A DNA stretch of 64,000 nt, from contig NW_014569545.1 in assembly GCF_000743755.1 (NCBI RefSeq), positions 1 through 64,000 of the forward strand, read 5' to 3'. The position numbers were made by a program, and so were the translations under genes. A model generated the notes under the pieces. It was given only the letters and a program-made list of their open reading frames with translations, was not told the DNA's origin and made no database searches. Source of the stretch: Blastocystis sp. subtype 4 (lineage: Eukaryota). Positions 13,099 through 26,173 of the stretch are shown piece after piece (position 1 is the first letter of the stretch; every line of letters begins with the position of its first letter).

Positions 13099-15118
13099 AT
13101 GTCATCACGAAAGGGATTCAATCTTTTCAAACGAAAGAAGGGGAAAACTGCACAAGAAGATACTGTATGATATAGTGATGTTTCTCATTCTAGCCAATCC
13201 GACAGCCAACAACAGAAGTAGCAGTTCTGTCGCCTCAGAGCATCTATATGAGTGATACTTCTGTTGTTGAATCTCCAAGTAGTCACGGAATGTCAGATGA
13301 GCGGTACAGATAGCATTCCTTACTGACTCGCAGGTTTCAAGAGCTCCTTCTGGAGTCAAGACGGTGGAAAGCAGACTGGATTGATCAAGCACGAGAGGAA
13401 TCAGAAGTGGATCTATGGGAAGTGTTGCGAAAGGAATCCAACATCCTGCGGTTGACAAACCAGTTGCATCCAAATCTAAATCAGTGAGATTGTGTGTTGT
13501 TTGTAAAAGTAGACTCAAGCGGCTTGGAACCCAGGTTCGTTCTGTTCTGATTATTCCACCTGCATTAACAACGTTGAATAGTCTTGTGTCTTCTCTTCAT
13601 GAAGTGTGGAATTCAGACGGTGAGTCTGCAGATAGCATTTCTTCTCGTGAGATGTGTTGGGTATTTGCTTATCTAGTGGAGTCGGAGTACGGATCATCAG
13701 TGCTTCAACAACTCGAGATTATGCAAGAATCAGAAGCAGAAAAACTACAAAAGTGTAAGGAATGGTCCATTCCTCAAGGAGTCAGTATTGATGCCAATGA
13801 ACAGGTGAATGGTTGGTTTCTTATTCTTGAATGAGCTATAGTTGTAAATATAGAATATGACAAGTTTTTGGATTGGTTGAAACTAGCTTCCAATCACGAG
13901 TTGTATGTTCGTGTAAAGAAGTTCGTTAGTTCTGTAAACTCCATTCTTCCCAAAGATACCCCAGGAGAGCGTGAAATTCAATCTGAAAATTTGAATCTGA
14001 GCATGCGTTCTTTTGTGAATGAGATTTTCATTGGAGCTGATATTGAAGACTGCAAGCGGGAACTCTACCAACGATTTATGTTCAAATTTCTAAATATCAT
14101 GTGTTATGACAAGGTATATGCTGCTCATCATTTTCATCATAGATTCTTTCTTGTTTACCTAGTTACAAACAGGGAAAGGAAGATTATTTTCTCAAACGAT
14201 GTCAGGCGCTGGCCCAAATCATCACATTTGAGAATCTGGGTCATGACAATCGACATACAGTAGCTCAATATAAGGAGTTCTGGGACTGCGCAATTGAACG
14301 TATCTATTCATATTAGTGGCGACCAATAGAGCTGCAAGTGATGTCAACTTACCACAATGTCGAAGACAAGGTGATTTGTCTCAATAATGCGATCAACATC
14401 CTTACAAGACTCTTAGAAACTATATTTAAGGTAGTTGGAGCTGATGAGTTGATGGATGGTATCAACATTATCGTGATGCAAGCTCAAGTCCCTCAACTGA
14501 AACTTCAACTCCAGATGATGGACTATTATTATGAAGAGATTGAAGCTAAACGAGGTGTCTTTGAGAGTGTGAAGTTGCGAATTCGAGGGATTATTGCGTT
14601 TATCAAAAATTGCCATTATTCCGATTTCACAAAACTCTCTCTATCAGTGTGGGAAGAAGTAATGGGATCTGAATTGAGTCGACATCGATCGGATTCGGAA
14701 CTGAGTAGCGATGACCAACCAGAGCCAATCCATGACAGTTTGCAGGACGCACATGATGAGACAGATCAGAGTGTGGAACTGTCGGTTCTCAGTGCAACCT
14801 CTCAGCGAACGATCCGATCTCTCTTCAGTAAGAAGACTAAGAAGATTGTGGACGGGAAATGGATGGAATGTCTGGACCCTATTCCAACATATACAACAGA
14901 TATGAGAACAAATGATGAATTGGTAGTATGGAATGTGGAGAGAATGGATTGTAGGAAGCTTGGAAACGTAAACGGTATCGCTATTATAAAAGAGGACCTG
15001 AGAATGAAGAAGAGAATGAAGAATTGTTACAAGTAGGATTGGCTGGTATTTGTTAGAATAGGAATACCGAAACGTTGTCCGGACGGTTGAAAACTTATTG
15101 TTTTTGGTTAGACGATGA
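13099..15118 (+). CDS. VPS9-domain Rab5 GEF
   Basis: DKVICL...VGADELMDG...VPQL motif; last exon ends LVRR-TGA followed by TGTTTGTT. Confidence 0.8.
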
Positions 15119-15146
15119 GTTGTTTGTTATCAATGATTACTTGCTA

Positions 15147-16358
15147 ATGTTAGTACAATTTCGTGGGCGTACTATCACAGCATGTTATGATGTACGTCAG
15201 GATGCTAAAGTGTTGTTGGAAGTCTTACAAGTGAGATTTACTCTGTTTGTCCTAATTCTTTTAGTTATTGTGTCCTCTTCAGTCAGGGACTTTGACGATG
15301 GTTAATAGTGAAACGAACAAAGTAGTGAAACCAGAAGAGTCATTTCAGGCTCAAGGGATTACTACCGAATCTGTTATTTATCTATATGTCCTATTTCAGT
15401 CGTGGGTACAGTATGGAGATCAGCGAGTTAGAATCTCTTATTATGAAGGTGATAGTGTGTCATCTGTCCTTCGTGACACCTTACAGGTACCACGTGTGCT
15501 TTTTATCTAATCTAGTTTTTCCATATTGAAGCATCTCCAAAGAAGTATCAACTCTATGATAGTAATCTACACTTAATCAAAGCAAATGCTACTGTTGAAC
15601 AGAGTGGATTGGATTCACATCTGTATTTAAAAGAGATCACTAGAGATATATTGCTAACCATTCATTTCAATTCTGATATCGAAATTGCTACTAAGAGTAC
15701 AAGTACAATAAAACAGGTCAAGAAGAGTGTTCTCCAAGTATGAGTACTATTCTACTTCTACAACTAGAAATTCTTTCGTAATCTATACTGTTCAGAGTAT
15801 GACGATGGTTTCATTATCCTGAAGGAATCAGACCCCACTTTCTCTCTTCAAGAAAGCAAAACGGTTGATTATTATAATCTCACTTCATCGTCTCGATTGT
15901 TATGCAACAGATGATTCTCTGAATAATAATTAGTACAACCTTCTGGAATTCCCGTGGTCTTATCCAACTCAGAGAAATTACTTGGTAACAGTTTGCAGCC
16001 GAATCTTTCTTTCCAGAAAGAATTACAGAGACGCCGAAATGAGGTAAAAGAATGGAAGCAGAAACAGATCCAGGAAATGGAAGAAACCATGCAAAGAAAA
16101 CAAAAAGAGAGGATCTTTGTTAATTTGGAGCTTCCTTCAAAGAATTGCCTCAAGATTGCTTGCTCTACTGATGAATTAATTATGGATATATTGAAGAGAG
16201 GAGTTGCATTTCTACTCCATTGCAGTCCTTCTTCAGACGATCTAAGGAAGTATTATGTGAGGTTAGAGGGATCGTCGCAGGATTTGCTCTTATCTGAGAA
16301 ACCACTTTGGCAGTATAATATCAATTCAAACTCGAAACTTCTTTGTAGGTTTGTATAA
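15147..16358 (+). CDS. Protein with tandem ubiquitin-like (beta-grasp) domains
   Basis: Repeated ends such as SFQAQGITTESVIYL, TVDYYNLTSSSRL, PLWQYNINSNSKLL. Confidence 0.5.
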
Positions 16359-16504
16359 GTACAGTGAAAGGTAGTGTGTAAAAGGTACGATTAGTAATTT
16401 CTACATTCTGTTTGTTGTAATATTATACATTGGACCTTTATTAACAATGTATACATCTGTGGCATCCTCATAATTAACAAACACTCTCCACACACCTATA
16501 AAAA

Positions 16505-19430
16505 CTATTTCTTCGCTCGACATCCTCCAAAACAACCTCTTCCTACAAATGATTCCTTCCATTAACAATCGACTTGGCATCTCTACTTCTTCCTCTTCAC
16601 TGATATAAGCAGGGTCCAGATCAATCACAAATGGTTCTTGAGGATTCTTTGTTACAGGTATGGCCATGGTTACATCTAATGAATTCTGCACAACTGGTGA
16701 CACTCTTTCTTCTATCGGCCTGTTGACAGGCACATTCAACTCTTCTGGATCCTTCTTCTTGATCGACGTCTCCAGACTTGGTCGTGTCATTACTGACTCC
16801 TCAAGCACCTCTCGGTCATCAAAATAACTGTCGGAAGGCACTCCCGGCTCTGGGAGATTCTCGTTTTCAAATTCCATGCCTCCCACAACCACAGAACTCT
16901 GACAGAGTTGTTGTAGAGTCTGGTTATTCCAATATCCTTCATTCTGTTTAGCTGCCGGCTGTTCATCCACAATCTGCACAGCCATCGTAGATAGTGGTAT
17001 CTCATTCACTTGTTCTATTTGAAGCACTGCTTCTGTCTCCATAGGAGCTCCCTTCACAACTTCAATACTCTCCTCAGGGTCGTATTCTCCATCTGAAATC
17101 TCTTCAGCAGCCCCTGAAGGGTACTGAACCTCGGCTTGTGTGAGATCCTTGATCGAAGAGAGAGAAGCATTATCGACTTCAGGCGTTGCTGGTATGGTGG
17201 GAGTAATCACGTCAGGAGTCGTAGTAGGAACAACCTGTGGTGTTGATACAGGAGCAGGAGAAAGAGATGGCAGTGGAACACCAATAGGATTAGTCTGCAT
17301 GTCTTGAGAAACAGAAGATGCATCTGGCTGAACAGGTTCGGTCACTGCATCCTCCGGATCAAACTCTCCTGTCGACTCTGCATCCACTTCCACGGGTTCC
17401 TCGATCGTATTGACAGAGGTACCCGATTGGACAACTGCTTCAGGCACTTCATTTGACTGAACATCGGTAGGAGAGTCCACTTGCATAGGTCCCGTAGAAC
17501 ACTCTACTGGAATGTCTAGGTGAGTCATATCGATACTAGTTTCAGGATCATACTCACCTGTTGACTCAGCACGTGATCGTTGTCTGTCTTCCTGTTGGCT
17601 CTGAAGAGCAGTTTCCTCTAAACGCTTGCATTCAGCTTGGATACGGCGTTTCTCTTCTTCTATCTCACGTAGTTTCTCCTCGTTATGTTGTTCTTCAGCT
17701 CGAAGAGCTTCCTCAGTCTTTCTCTTCTCTTCGGCGATTCTTCTAGCCTCTTCAGCTAGTCTAGCTCCTTCAGCCTTACGAGCTTCCTCTGCTCGTCTGG
17801 CCTCTTCTGCTTTACGTGCCTCCTCTGCTCGTCTGGCCTCTTCTGCTCGTCTGGCCTCCTCAGCTCTTCTCGTCTCCTCAGCTCTTCTAGCCTCTTCAGC
17901 CAGTCTGGCTTCTTCAGCCTTACGAGCTTCCTCTGCTCGTCTGGCTTCTTCGGCAAGTCTCGCCTCCTCAGCTCGTCTGGCTTCCTCAGCCTTACGAGCT
18001 TCCTCTGCAAGTCTAGCTTCTTCAGCTCTACGTGCCTCTTCAGCCCTTTTCGCTTCCTCAGCTCTCCTGGCTTCTTCGGCAAGTCTGGCCTCCTCAGCTC
18101 TCCTGGCTTCCTCAGCTCTCCTGGCCTCCTCTGCAAGTCTAGCTTCTTCAGCTTTTCTCGCCTCCTCAGCCTTTCTTGCCTCCTCCGCCAGTCTCGCTTC
18201 CTCTGCTTTACGTACCTCCTCAATTCTTCTCGCTTCCTCTATCTTGCGCGCCTCAGCTCTCCTTGCCTCTTCCTCTCTCTGTTTGCGCTCCAGTTCGACC
18301 TTACGAGCAGCTTCCTCAGCCAGAATTCTTTCGTGATCATCAGCGACTCCCTCAGGATCAAATTCTCCATCCGAATCCCCGTCCGACACAACACCATCAG
18401 GATCATACTCGCCATCTGACTCTCCAGGAATAGGCAAGTGACCAATAACCTCCTGAGTAGGTTTGATCGAGTTACCGATAACTTCGGGAGCTCTGGGAAT
18501 GAAAGGTGATGATGGAGCCTGCAGCTTCTTGGTGGGGCTGAAGGAGCTGTTGAGAGTCGACTTATTCTCGGGTGACTTCGATTCTTCGGCTTTCTTCTTG
18601 GGACTATTCGGAATACTGGCAATGACACCTGTTGACTTCCTTCCATCCGCAACCAACACAGGACGATGTTTAGCCATACTCCTGCGAGCTGGAGGGGGAG
18701 GGGGAGGTAGGGAAGGACGTTTCTTAATGCTCGTAATGACTGTAGGACTGACGGGATGCTTCTCTTCTTGCTTTGTTGGACCCTGCATTTCCATCAAGCT
18801 CAAACGCAGAGGAAATGATTCGATTACCTTTCCTGACAATTCCTGATCGTCATCACTTATGTGAGATAATGCATCTGGAAGTGGAAGACTATCAGTCGTA
18901 GAATAATTGGTAGTACCTTCTTCACCATCAGACTCAACAATATCGTTCAAAACGTCAAGTCTACGCGAATTTGCAGGAAGAATACGAGCCATAGGTGTTG
19001 CTTTTAGTGTCATGGATTGACGATTTACAGCAAAACTCTCATATTGTTCCTCCTCGGAACTACTCAGCAACTCATCGGCATCAATAGGTTCTGGATCTAA
19101 ACTCCCATCAGATTCCACAGAGTAACGCTTATCTTTCTACCAATTATACTCATGAATCTATAACACCTTCATTGAATACGGTCGGTTAAGAGAAACGTTA
19201 CCATGTCGTTTAGGGTCATTGGAACCAGGGAGAGGTCGTCGTCCTATACTAATTACAATTCCACACAAGCGGTTGTACCAGTAACTACGCTAATTCTAGG
19301 TGACCTCGTAGGACCATTATCGGAGTATCTTGGCACAGTAGGTGGTGGAACTGAATAGGATCCAGTATTATTCTGGCTTTGGGTTCGGGAATTACCTACA
19401 TCTCAACCTTTCACAAAACGAACTACTCAT
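16505..19430 (-). CDS. Large low-complexity protein with EEARRA helical repeat, polyproline and acidic motifs
   Basis: 905-aa ORF core; a 31-nt intron near 16543-16573 gives C-terminus RRGCFGGCRAKK-TAG, followed by TGTTTGTT at 16476-16483. Confidence 0.8.
17735..18275 (-). repeat. Coding tandem repeat, 18-nt unit encoding EEAR[RKL]A, about 30 copies
   Basis: Direct read of translation and DNA (synonymously diverged units). Confidence 0.95.
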
Positions 19431-19607
19431 GGAATTAGGAAGACTTCCGTAATGTCACAAAAGGAAACTTTGATAAGTTAGAAAAGAATAACGGAATAAT
19501 GATCCTATTACTGGAATTCACTGACTAACAAACAGATAAACCAAGAATCGCAATAGAGAAAAGTCCATAGTATGCACAATGAATGACAAACGGAAAGAAT
19601 ACACAAT

Positions 19608-21287
19608 TCACAAAACAAGAGTATCAGAGACTAACGGAGGTTTACTGTCATTGGAAGCCAAATTAGGTTCTTCCGATTTTGTTGGTACAGGAGGAGCCGT
19701 TTCCACAGTTGGTTCAGAGGATTCTTTAGATTCCTGCACAAGAGTATGAACTCCACGATCTCGTTTCAGTCCTGATAGCACATTAGACAGTTGAACCTCT
19801 TCAGCTGATAAGGTACTGCCTCGTTGAGGATCCGACATCTCCATTGGATGTAAGTATTCATTTGTGTAGAACGTAGATTCATCTGTTTCCATAGGAATTC
19901 CAGGACGCTTCGTAAAGACTGGCCAACTATAATCAGAGTTATCACTAGATCGACGAATGATGGGATTGGAATGAAAGGGAATCATAAATGACATATCACC
20001 ATAAGAAGTACTTCGTGGACCAGGTGACAATCCACGGAAAAAATCATTTGCTAATCCTTCCTCTTGGAAGTTCATTGTCCCATGTCCATCTGAATGGACA
20101 AATCCTTGGGAGTATGATGATCGCATATCCATATTGAAAGGAGGCGTTTGAGTTTGATTCATGAGAATCTCCGAATTTGGCAAGAGGGTCCACTGACCTG
20201 AATCGTGACTCATACGAGGGAACTCTTTGCCTTTCGGTAGATCCCCTGGGGATGATGAATCTCCAGATCCAACCACATTTGCTACTTTCGAAGGAGGAAG
20301 CGCTGGTTGCGATGAACAGTCTGAGGGACCTGAGTCAACAACAGGTTTATCTGTCGACACACTGGCTACCGGTGTCTTTCCTGCCACGACTGGAGCTGAA
20401 GTGGTTCCTGGCTGTGGAAATCCAGACGAGCTCTGCGGGAAGGTCGAAGCAGACAAAGAAGGATAGGAGGGAGAAGACCACATCCCTGGAAGCTGTTGAA
20501 TCATTGGCATGGACATCATTTGCTAGGGATAGTTATAGAACGAATCAAAGTACCTGAGGACGAATATGAATGAAAATACAACGATTGCAATTGATCGGGA
20601 AAGGGAAAGAATATTCACGTAGAATAGATATTGCAGGTATTTTCTTTTCCTAAACATAAAGGCAAAAAAGAAAAGCAACATCTTCGATAGCAATAATCAT
20701 ATTCTCTTGAACGAAAATAAATTTAGTGTCGCCTAGAAATAGTTTCATTCCAGAAATAATATCCCTTAACTGTGCGACAGAATTCTGCAAAGCGCTTATT
20801 GGGATCATAGTTAGAACTTGCTGGGTCTTATAAAAGATAATTGCCACATTAGAGCATTGAACATTTGCTAGATATAAACCATCCACCTAATAATCACAAT
20901 TAGCAGTGAATCCAGGTTCTCTCTTCATCCTTGACTGCTCCAATGTTGCCAAGACAGATCCTGCATATGGAGCTTGGGCAAGTGTGGACTGTTCTAGAAA
21001 TCATCGAAATGAACACATTTCCTACCAAGCTTCTTTTCCTGAGTCTGTTGAAACATTTGTCGGTGTTTCAATTTGTTCTTTTCACAAGGATTGCATACCA
21101 ACCGTCTTTTGTAACGTTGATTCTTACACATTTCCCCAGGAGCATGATTGCAGTTGCTTTGTCCTGTACATCTGCAGTGGTTACAAGTCACCTTGCCACA
21201 CCATTGGCAAGCAGACAACCTTGGTCCAGGACGCTTGCTAACTACTTTATCCGAGTCGTGTGTCGAACCTGGATTGTCATCCATCAT
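19608..21287 (-). CDS. Hypothetical protein with N-terminal Cys/His-rich domain and Ser/Pro-rich tail (putative nuclear regulator)
   Basis: CQWCGKVTCNHCRCTGQSNCNH...C...RYKRRLVCNPC; downstream exons join in the same direction. Confidence 0.55.
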
Positions 21288-21665
21288 GAAAAAAGGATTA
21301 TTGATTAATTGGGTTATTCATTCATGTATAATAGTTTGTTTCCTTGATAATCAAAGTTTCTTGATCACTGCCAATTACTCTCTGTATGCTTACTGAGAAA
21401 GATAAATCAAATGATACTAAAACAATTAAGGGATATAATAACAGAGAATTCCAGCCCTATCGTCCAATTCGTCGTTAGAAATGGTGAGGGATACCATTTA
21501 TCTTTTCCAGCCACTCCTTAGTACCGAAATCCATCCTATTGTTGAGAATATGAATTCTCCGTGTTTTTGACCAGTATATTCCCAATAAACAACCAGTCGG
21601 CCCATGATTAACCATATATATCCGTTATTAAGGACCATAAGAATTAGGTGAAAATACAAACAAGT

Positions 21666-22395
21666 TCAAAACCACATCATAAAAGAAAATAGAAGGTGCA
21701 GCAATACTACTCTCATACACTGCCATGTAGCTAAATCTTCCAATCGGTTACAGATAACGTTCTATGGAAGAAGAAGTATTTGTAATGAGACGACGCAGTT
21801 CTCCACGAATCTCTGAACTCTCTTCCTATAGATTAGTTCATTCGTTAAAAGCAACATCAATTTCTCCATCTCTCTGAAATAGTACAAAGTCACTCTACAA
21901 CTCACAAAAACTCCAACAATACTACTCCTAGTTGTATCGCAATACCACATGTGATCTGGATAACACCGAGTGCTAGTAACAAAGCAGCATGCGGATTCAG
22001 GAAATAGTTTGCCAGCATAGACAAGCCTTTGCTACTCATTAAGAACGATATCGAATTTATACAACAACACTATCAGAGAACGAATTCCCGCTTCAGATAA
22101 CATGGGCTAAGCAGTCATCAAAGATATAGACAGATACAAGATAACTATAAAGAAACTGCGGAACACACAAGTGAACATAGTAGAGTACTGCTAGGATGAC
22201 ATCAAGTCCAAAAAATATCTGGGTTAACTAGAATAAACACAGAATGAACACATCTACAACTCCCACATGTTTCCACATTGACAAAATAGCATAACATGAG
22301 AGAAAGCATACAGCTGATTGGATGAGGGCACTTTGTTGAATGAGGACCTGCAACGACTTCAAGACGCTCCCACACTCTTCATACTTGTCCCTCAT
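21666..22395 (-). CDS. Multi-pass membrane protein (possibly PIG-C/GPI2-like)
   Basis: Several hydrophobic exons; weak SIVGVFVSCR resemblance; TGTTTGTA after TGA. Confidence 0.3.
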
Positions 22396-22506
22396 TTTCC
22401 GAGATTTGACTTTTATCTTTAACAAACCAGCAACGAGACAATAAGCTCAGATACTTGTTTGGGCTACGACATGCGCAAAAGCCCAATTCTCCGTTTTGGA
22501 TACTAT

Positions 22507-23741
22507 ATGCTTAAGAGAAAGACATTGAGTCCAGAAACACCAACACCGACTTCAAAACGGAAATCGCCGTTGTTCTGGAACCGCCATTCTCCAGTTGTAT
22601 TAGTGGAGCAAGCATTACTGGAGCTACATAGTATTTTAGATAATCCAAGTTATCAAAAATGCGAAGTAGATATTTAGTTTATGTAATAAAGTAGAATCAT
22701 TTCCGTATTCGTCAAATGAAAGAATACCTTAAAGTCACTGTACAAAAGCTCAACGTAAATGACGTCTAGGGAAAGAAACAACAGCAAATGATCGATCTAC
22801 TGGCAGAGACTCATTTTCTTTTTCTTTTCACTGCAAACCTTGATGTTATGAGTTTACAGGTACCATTGAATATTTCATTTAAGCAAGTAGGAAAGACGAG
22901 AGTTTTGTCAGTTCTTTTGTTACATTCTTCGTCACAATATTGGGAACGTTGTGGAAGTATTATTTCGACAAGAGGAAGGCATTCGTCTCATGCATTTTTT
23001 GTCCTCTTCCTATTCACACCCAACCATTGTAGCTTCTTGCGGTCCAATCCTGCGAGAATGTCTACATCATCGTTCTTTATTGATGTATTACTTGAATCAT
23101 ATCGGTCTTTTGCTACCTCTTTTTTCTACGTATTCGCATTGTGAAGATATTGATATCCGATGCGACGTGTTCCTGACTACAAGAACTTTTGTTAGGTCAT
23201 TCGGAATGTGGCGAGAAGCAATATGCTATAAACGTTTCTTTCCATTTCATTAATGATACTTAGTTTATGAATGGATTCCGGCAGTTACTTACGACGTCTT
23301 TTGTTGATGTTCAACAAGAAGGACTTGCTTTGCTGTATAATTACTTGCTTATGCCTTCAACTCCAATTAATTTGTATTTGAATTGTCTCACGAACCTGTT
23401 AACTGTCCTTCAATATATCTATTCTTCCAATCAATCGGTGTGCTGGAATAGTTATCAGGTTGTTAAACTGTTCATTCTTCAGCCTGATATGAATCCAGGT
23501 GTTCGTGAATTCATTTATTTGAATCGTCAGAAACTGATCAGGATCTTTACTACAATTGCAAGTGACAGTAAATGAATTGTGAGGGAATGATAGTATAGAT
23601 CCTTCATTTATGAAGGAACGAAAGCTTTTGATTGGCATCTTACAGAATATGGATGCTTTCTCTGTTTTCTACAAACGCATTGCTCATATGCCTATTTCCA
23701 CCTTTCATAAAAACCAACTGCTCACACACTGGTACGAATGA
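22507..23741 (+). CDS. Mo25/CAB39-like protein (apparent frameshift near 23176)
   Basis: ASCGPILRECL, DIRCDVF, YQVVKLFI, FMKERKLLI match Mo25 family motifs. Confidence 0.7.
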
Positions 23742-23757
23742 TTCTAATAAACATATA

Positions 23758-25989
23758 ACATTTTGCTATGAACAGCAATAGTTTCAAATGCATCGTAATC
23801 CCCCTCTTTTTTCCCTCGTGAACTGTACCAAGTATCAAATAGAATTTCTCGCACTAGAAGAACTGCATTTACCAGAATCATAATCACATGAACAGGTGAA
23901 GTCCATAAGGTCTTCCACTCCATATTTCCATGCAATATGAACATCTTAATGACAAAGAATATACCGACAAATAGTAGTAGACCACATCCATGGAAGAATC
24001 CTCGAGCCCACCGCCATGGAGAGGGTGTTTGGAGTAATGGAGAAGGAGACATGATGGCACAATAATAGGCGAAGAGGGGAACAAAGAAACCAAACAAATA
24101 TAAGATCGCCCAGACATACAAATCGAGCCAGAGACTATAACTCCCAGTAGTCGTTGCTGGAATGAAAATCATTCCCCATAACGTTTGGATTCCGAATTCA
24201 TCTGGATAGGTTCCAATAGACCAGAAGCCGAAGATCATCCAGAGAAGTGAAGTGATGAAATATGTGGATACATATCGATCCGAAGCCATTAGAAGGACAG
24301 ACTTCACAATCGATGGGATCTGGAGATCTTTCTGCTGTTCCAGATGTCGCCAGACCCTGACACGTCCAGCAAAAGAGGAATCCAGAGGATACGGGAATAT
24401 GTGTTTGATGGTCATTCTGGCAATTACCACGATGATTACCAATAACAGACTTCCAGTATAGGAGAGTGTAATGATGATCGGAACAAAGGTGGATTTGAGA
24501 AAGAGACTCCCTGTGAAGGCTCCAGGATTCATAGATGTGAGAACAGAGATGAAGGAAACAGAGGAATTGGTGGATGATACTTCAGCCGTAGTTTGATAGG
24601 AAGTGAGGAAAGATTGAGTGACGGATGTAACATGATATCCGTTATCATATTCGATAGTGATAGTATGAAGACCCTTTCCATATTGAGTTGGATCCCACGA
24701 GATATAGAAGAGATGATGGTTTGTTGGTGATACGGTGATGTTGGAGTGGAGTTGAACCCCGTTGATCTGGACTGAAAATCCGTCCACATCGATCTCGCCG
24801 TTGTGACTCACATCATACACAAACACATGAATGAAATCAGTCTGATATAGATACTCCAAATGTTGCTTGGGCGATATCAACTGAGAGTTCTACAATAAAG
24901 TAACCTAGCAATCCCAACGGGAGGGTTGGTGATCATAAGAATGGGCTTCACCAGAGCCTCTTCAAGATTGACGTCAGTATAACTCAAATAATCGTTGTCA
25001 AAAGCAAAGAGACGGAAACTAGGTATAAATATTGCTTTATCCTTCCTACATCAGTTTTCGTTTGAAATCCTTCACCACCAGCTCGATGGTATTATCATTC
25101 AATCGCGTCTATCAATGAAAAGAAATCATCAAAACCACATTGGCACGTTCTCCTAATGTTGCATGAACATGACCTGCTAAAACGAAAGATGGAGGATGAT
25201 CACGATAGATGGAGTGAAGTGCCGGAGAATTCGCATACAAGGTTGGATAGTGCATAAAAACAACTGTATGATTGCAGACGGCTCTAGAATCATGAAGGAT
25301 GCTATCGACACATACTCATCTTCTTCCAAGAATCGTCTCAGTTTTTGTTGATCTGATCTTGTAACATATCCAAAATAGGTCATAATGCAGCCAGGAGCTA
25401 AAGATTACAATCAGAGATCACCCATACAAGGACTTAACGTAGCATCAACACCAATGAAACAATAATTTCCGAAAGGATGACGGATAATCCGATTGTACAC
25501 TCGGTCCTCGTCCCGACATGTCCCATATTGATAGTAGTAATGCTGCCGCGTTGAGTTTTGGTTTGTGTTATCATGATTTCCTCGAACATCCATCCAGACA
25601 GTCTTGTTGTAGTAGCCACCAGAAATCAGCGACGATCGATACATCATCCATTCTTCTTCGATTTCTCCTGCTACAAATAACAATTATCATGTTCATCTCA
25701 CATGTAACTCCCTTTTTCCAACCATCTGTAATATCACCTGTGTGAATAACAAACTGGGGATCGAATTCTGGAAGAATTGTTGATGTAAAAAGACGGAAGT
25801 TAACATTGGTCATCGATGAATGCTTGCGGGAAATATGCGTATCCGATATCTGGATAAAGGTAAAGATACTACTGTCATCTAAAGTCAAAACATCGTATAG
25901 TCCGTACGCTCTGATAATGTCCCATTCGTTGTACTAGCGAAAATCGGGATGCAGCACAACAGGAGATTCAGAATACAGTAAAGCGACAT
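23758..25989 (-). CDS. TMEM62-like calcineurin-like metallophosphoesterase with C-terminal TM helices
   Basis: Signal peptide; ISDTHIS, HTGDITD, VRGNHD, GHVH motifs; TNPP; genomic TAG at 23744. Confidence 0.85.
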
Positions 25990-26173
25990 TAGTTTTATTA
26001 TCTTCGTTGATGAATATCCCTCGTGATATTACAAAAGAATAAATCTCTTGGTTTCCAAGATAAAATAATGTTCAATCGTAATAGAAATGAGGTGTTCGAT
26101 CAACGAGGGTGACAAGGTAAAAAGTTCTCTGATCAGGTAGCTTTTTCTACCTTTTTAGATTCGAGGCATAACA

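Noticed and set aside
17735..18275. Tandem repeat as CRISPR array or satellite
   Set aside because: No unique spacers; in-frame 18-nt coding unit with synonymous variation in a eukaryotic gene
17626..18336. 236-aa Ala/Ser ORF on + and 155-aa alternative-frame ORF on -
   Set aside because: Shadow frames of the EEARRA coding repeat
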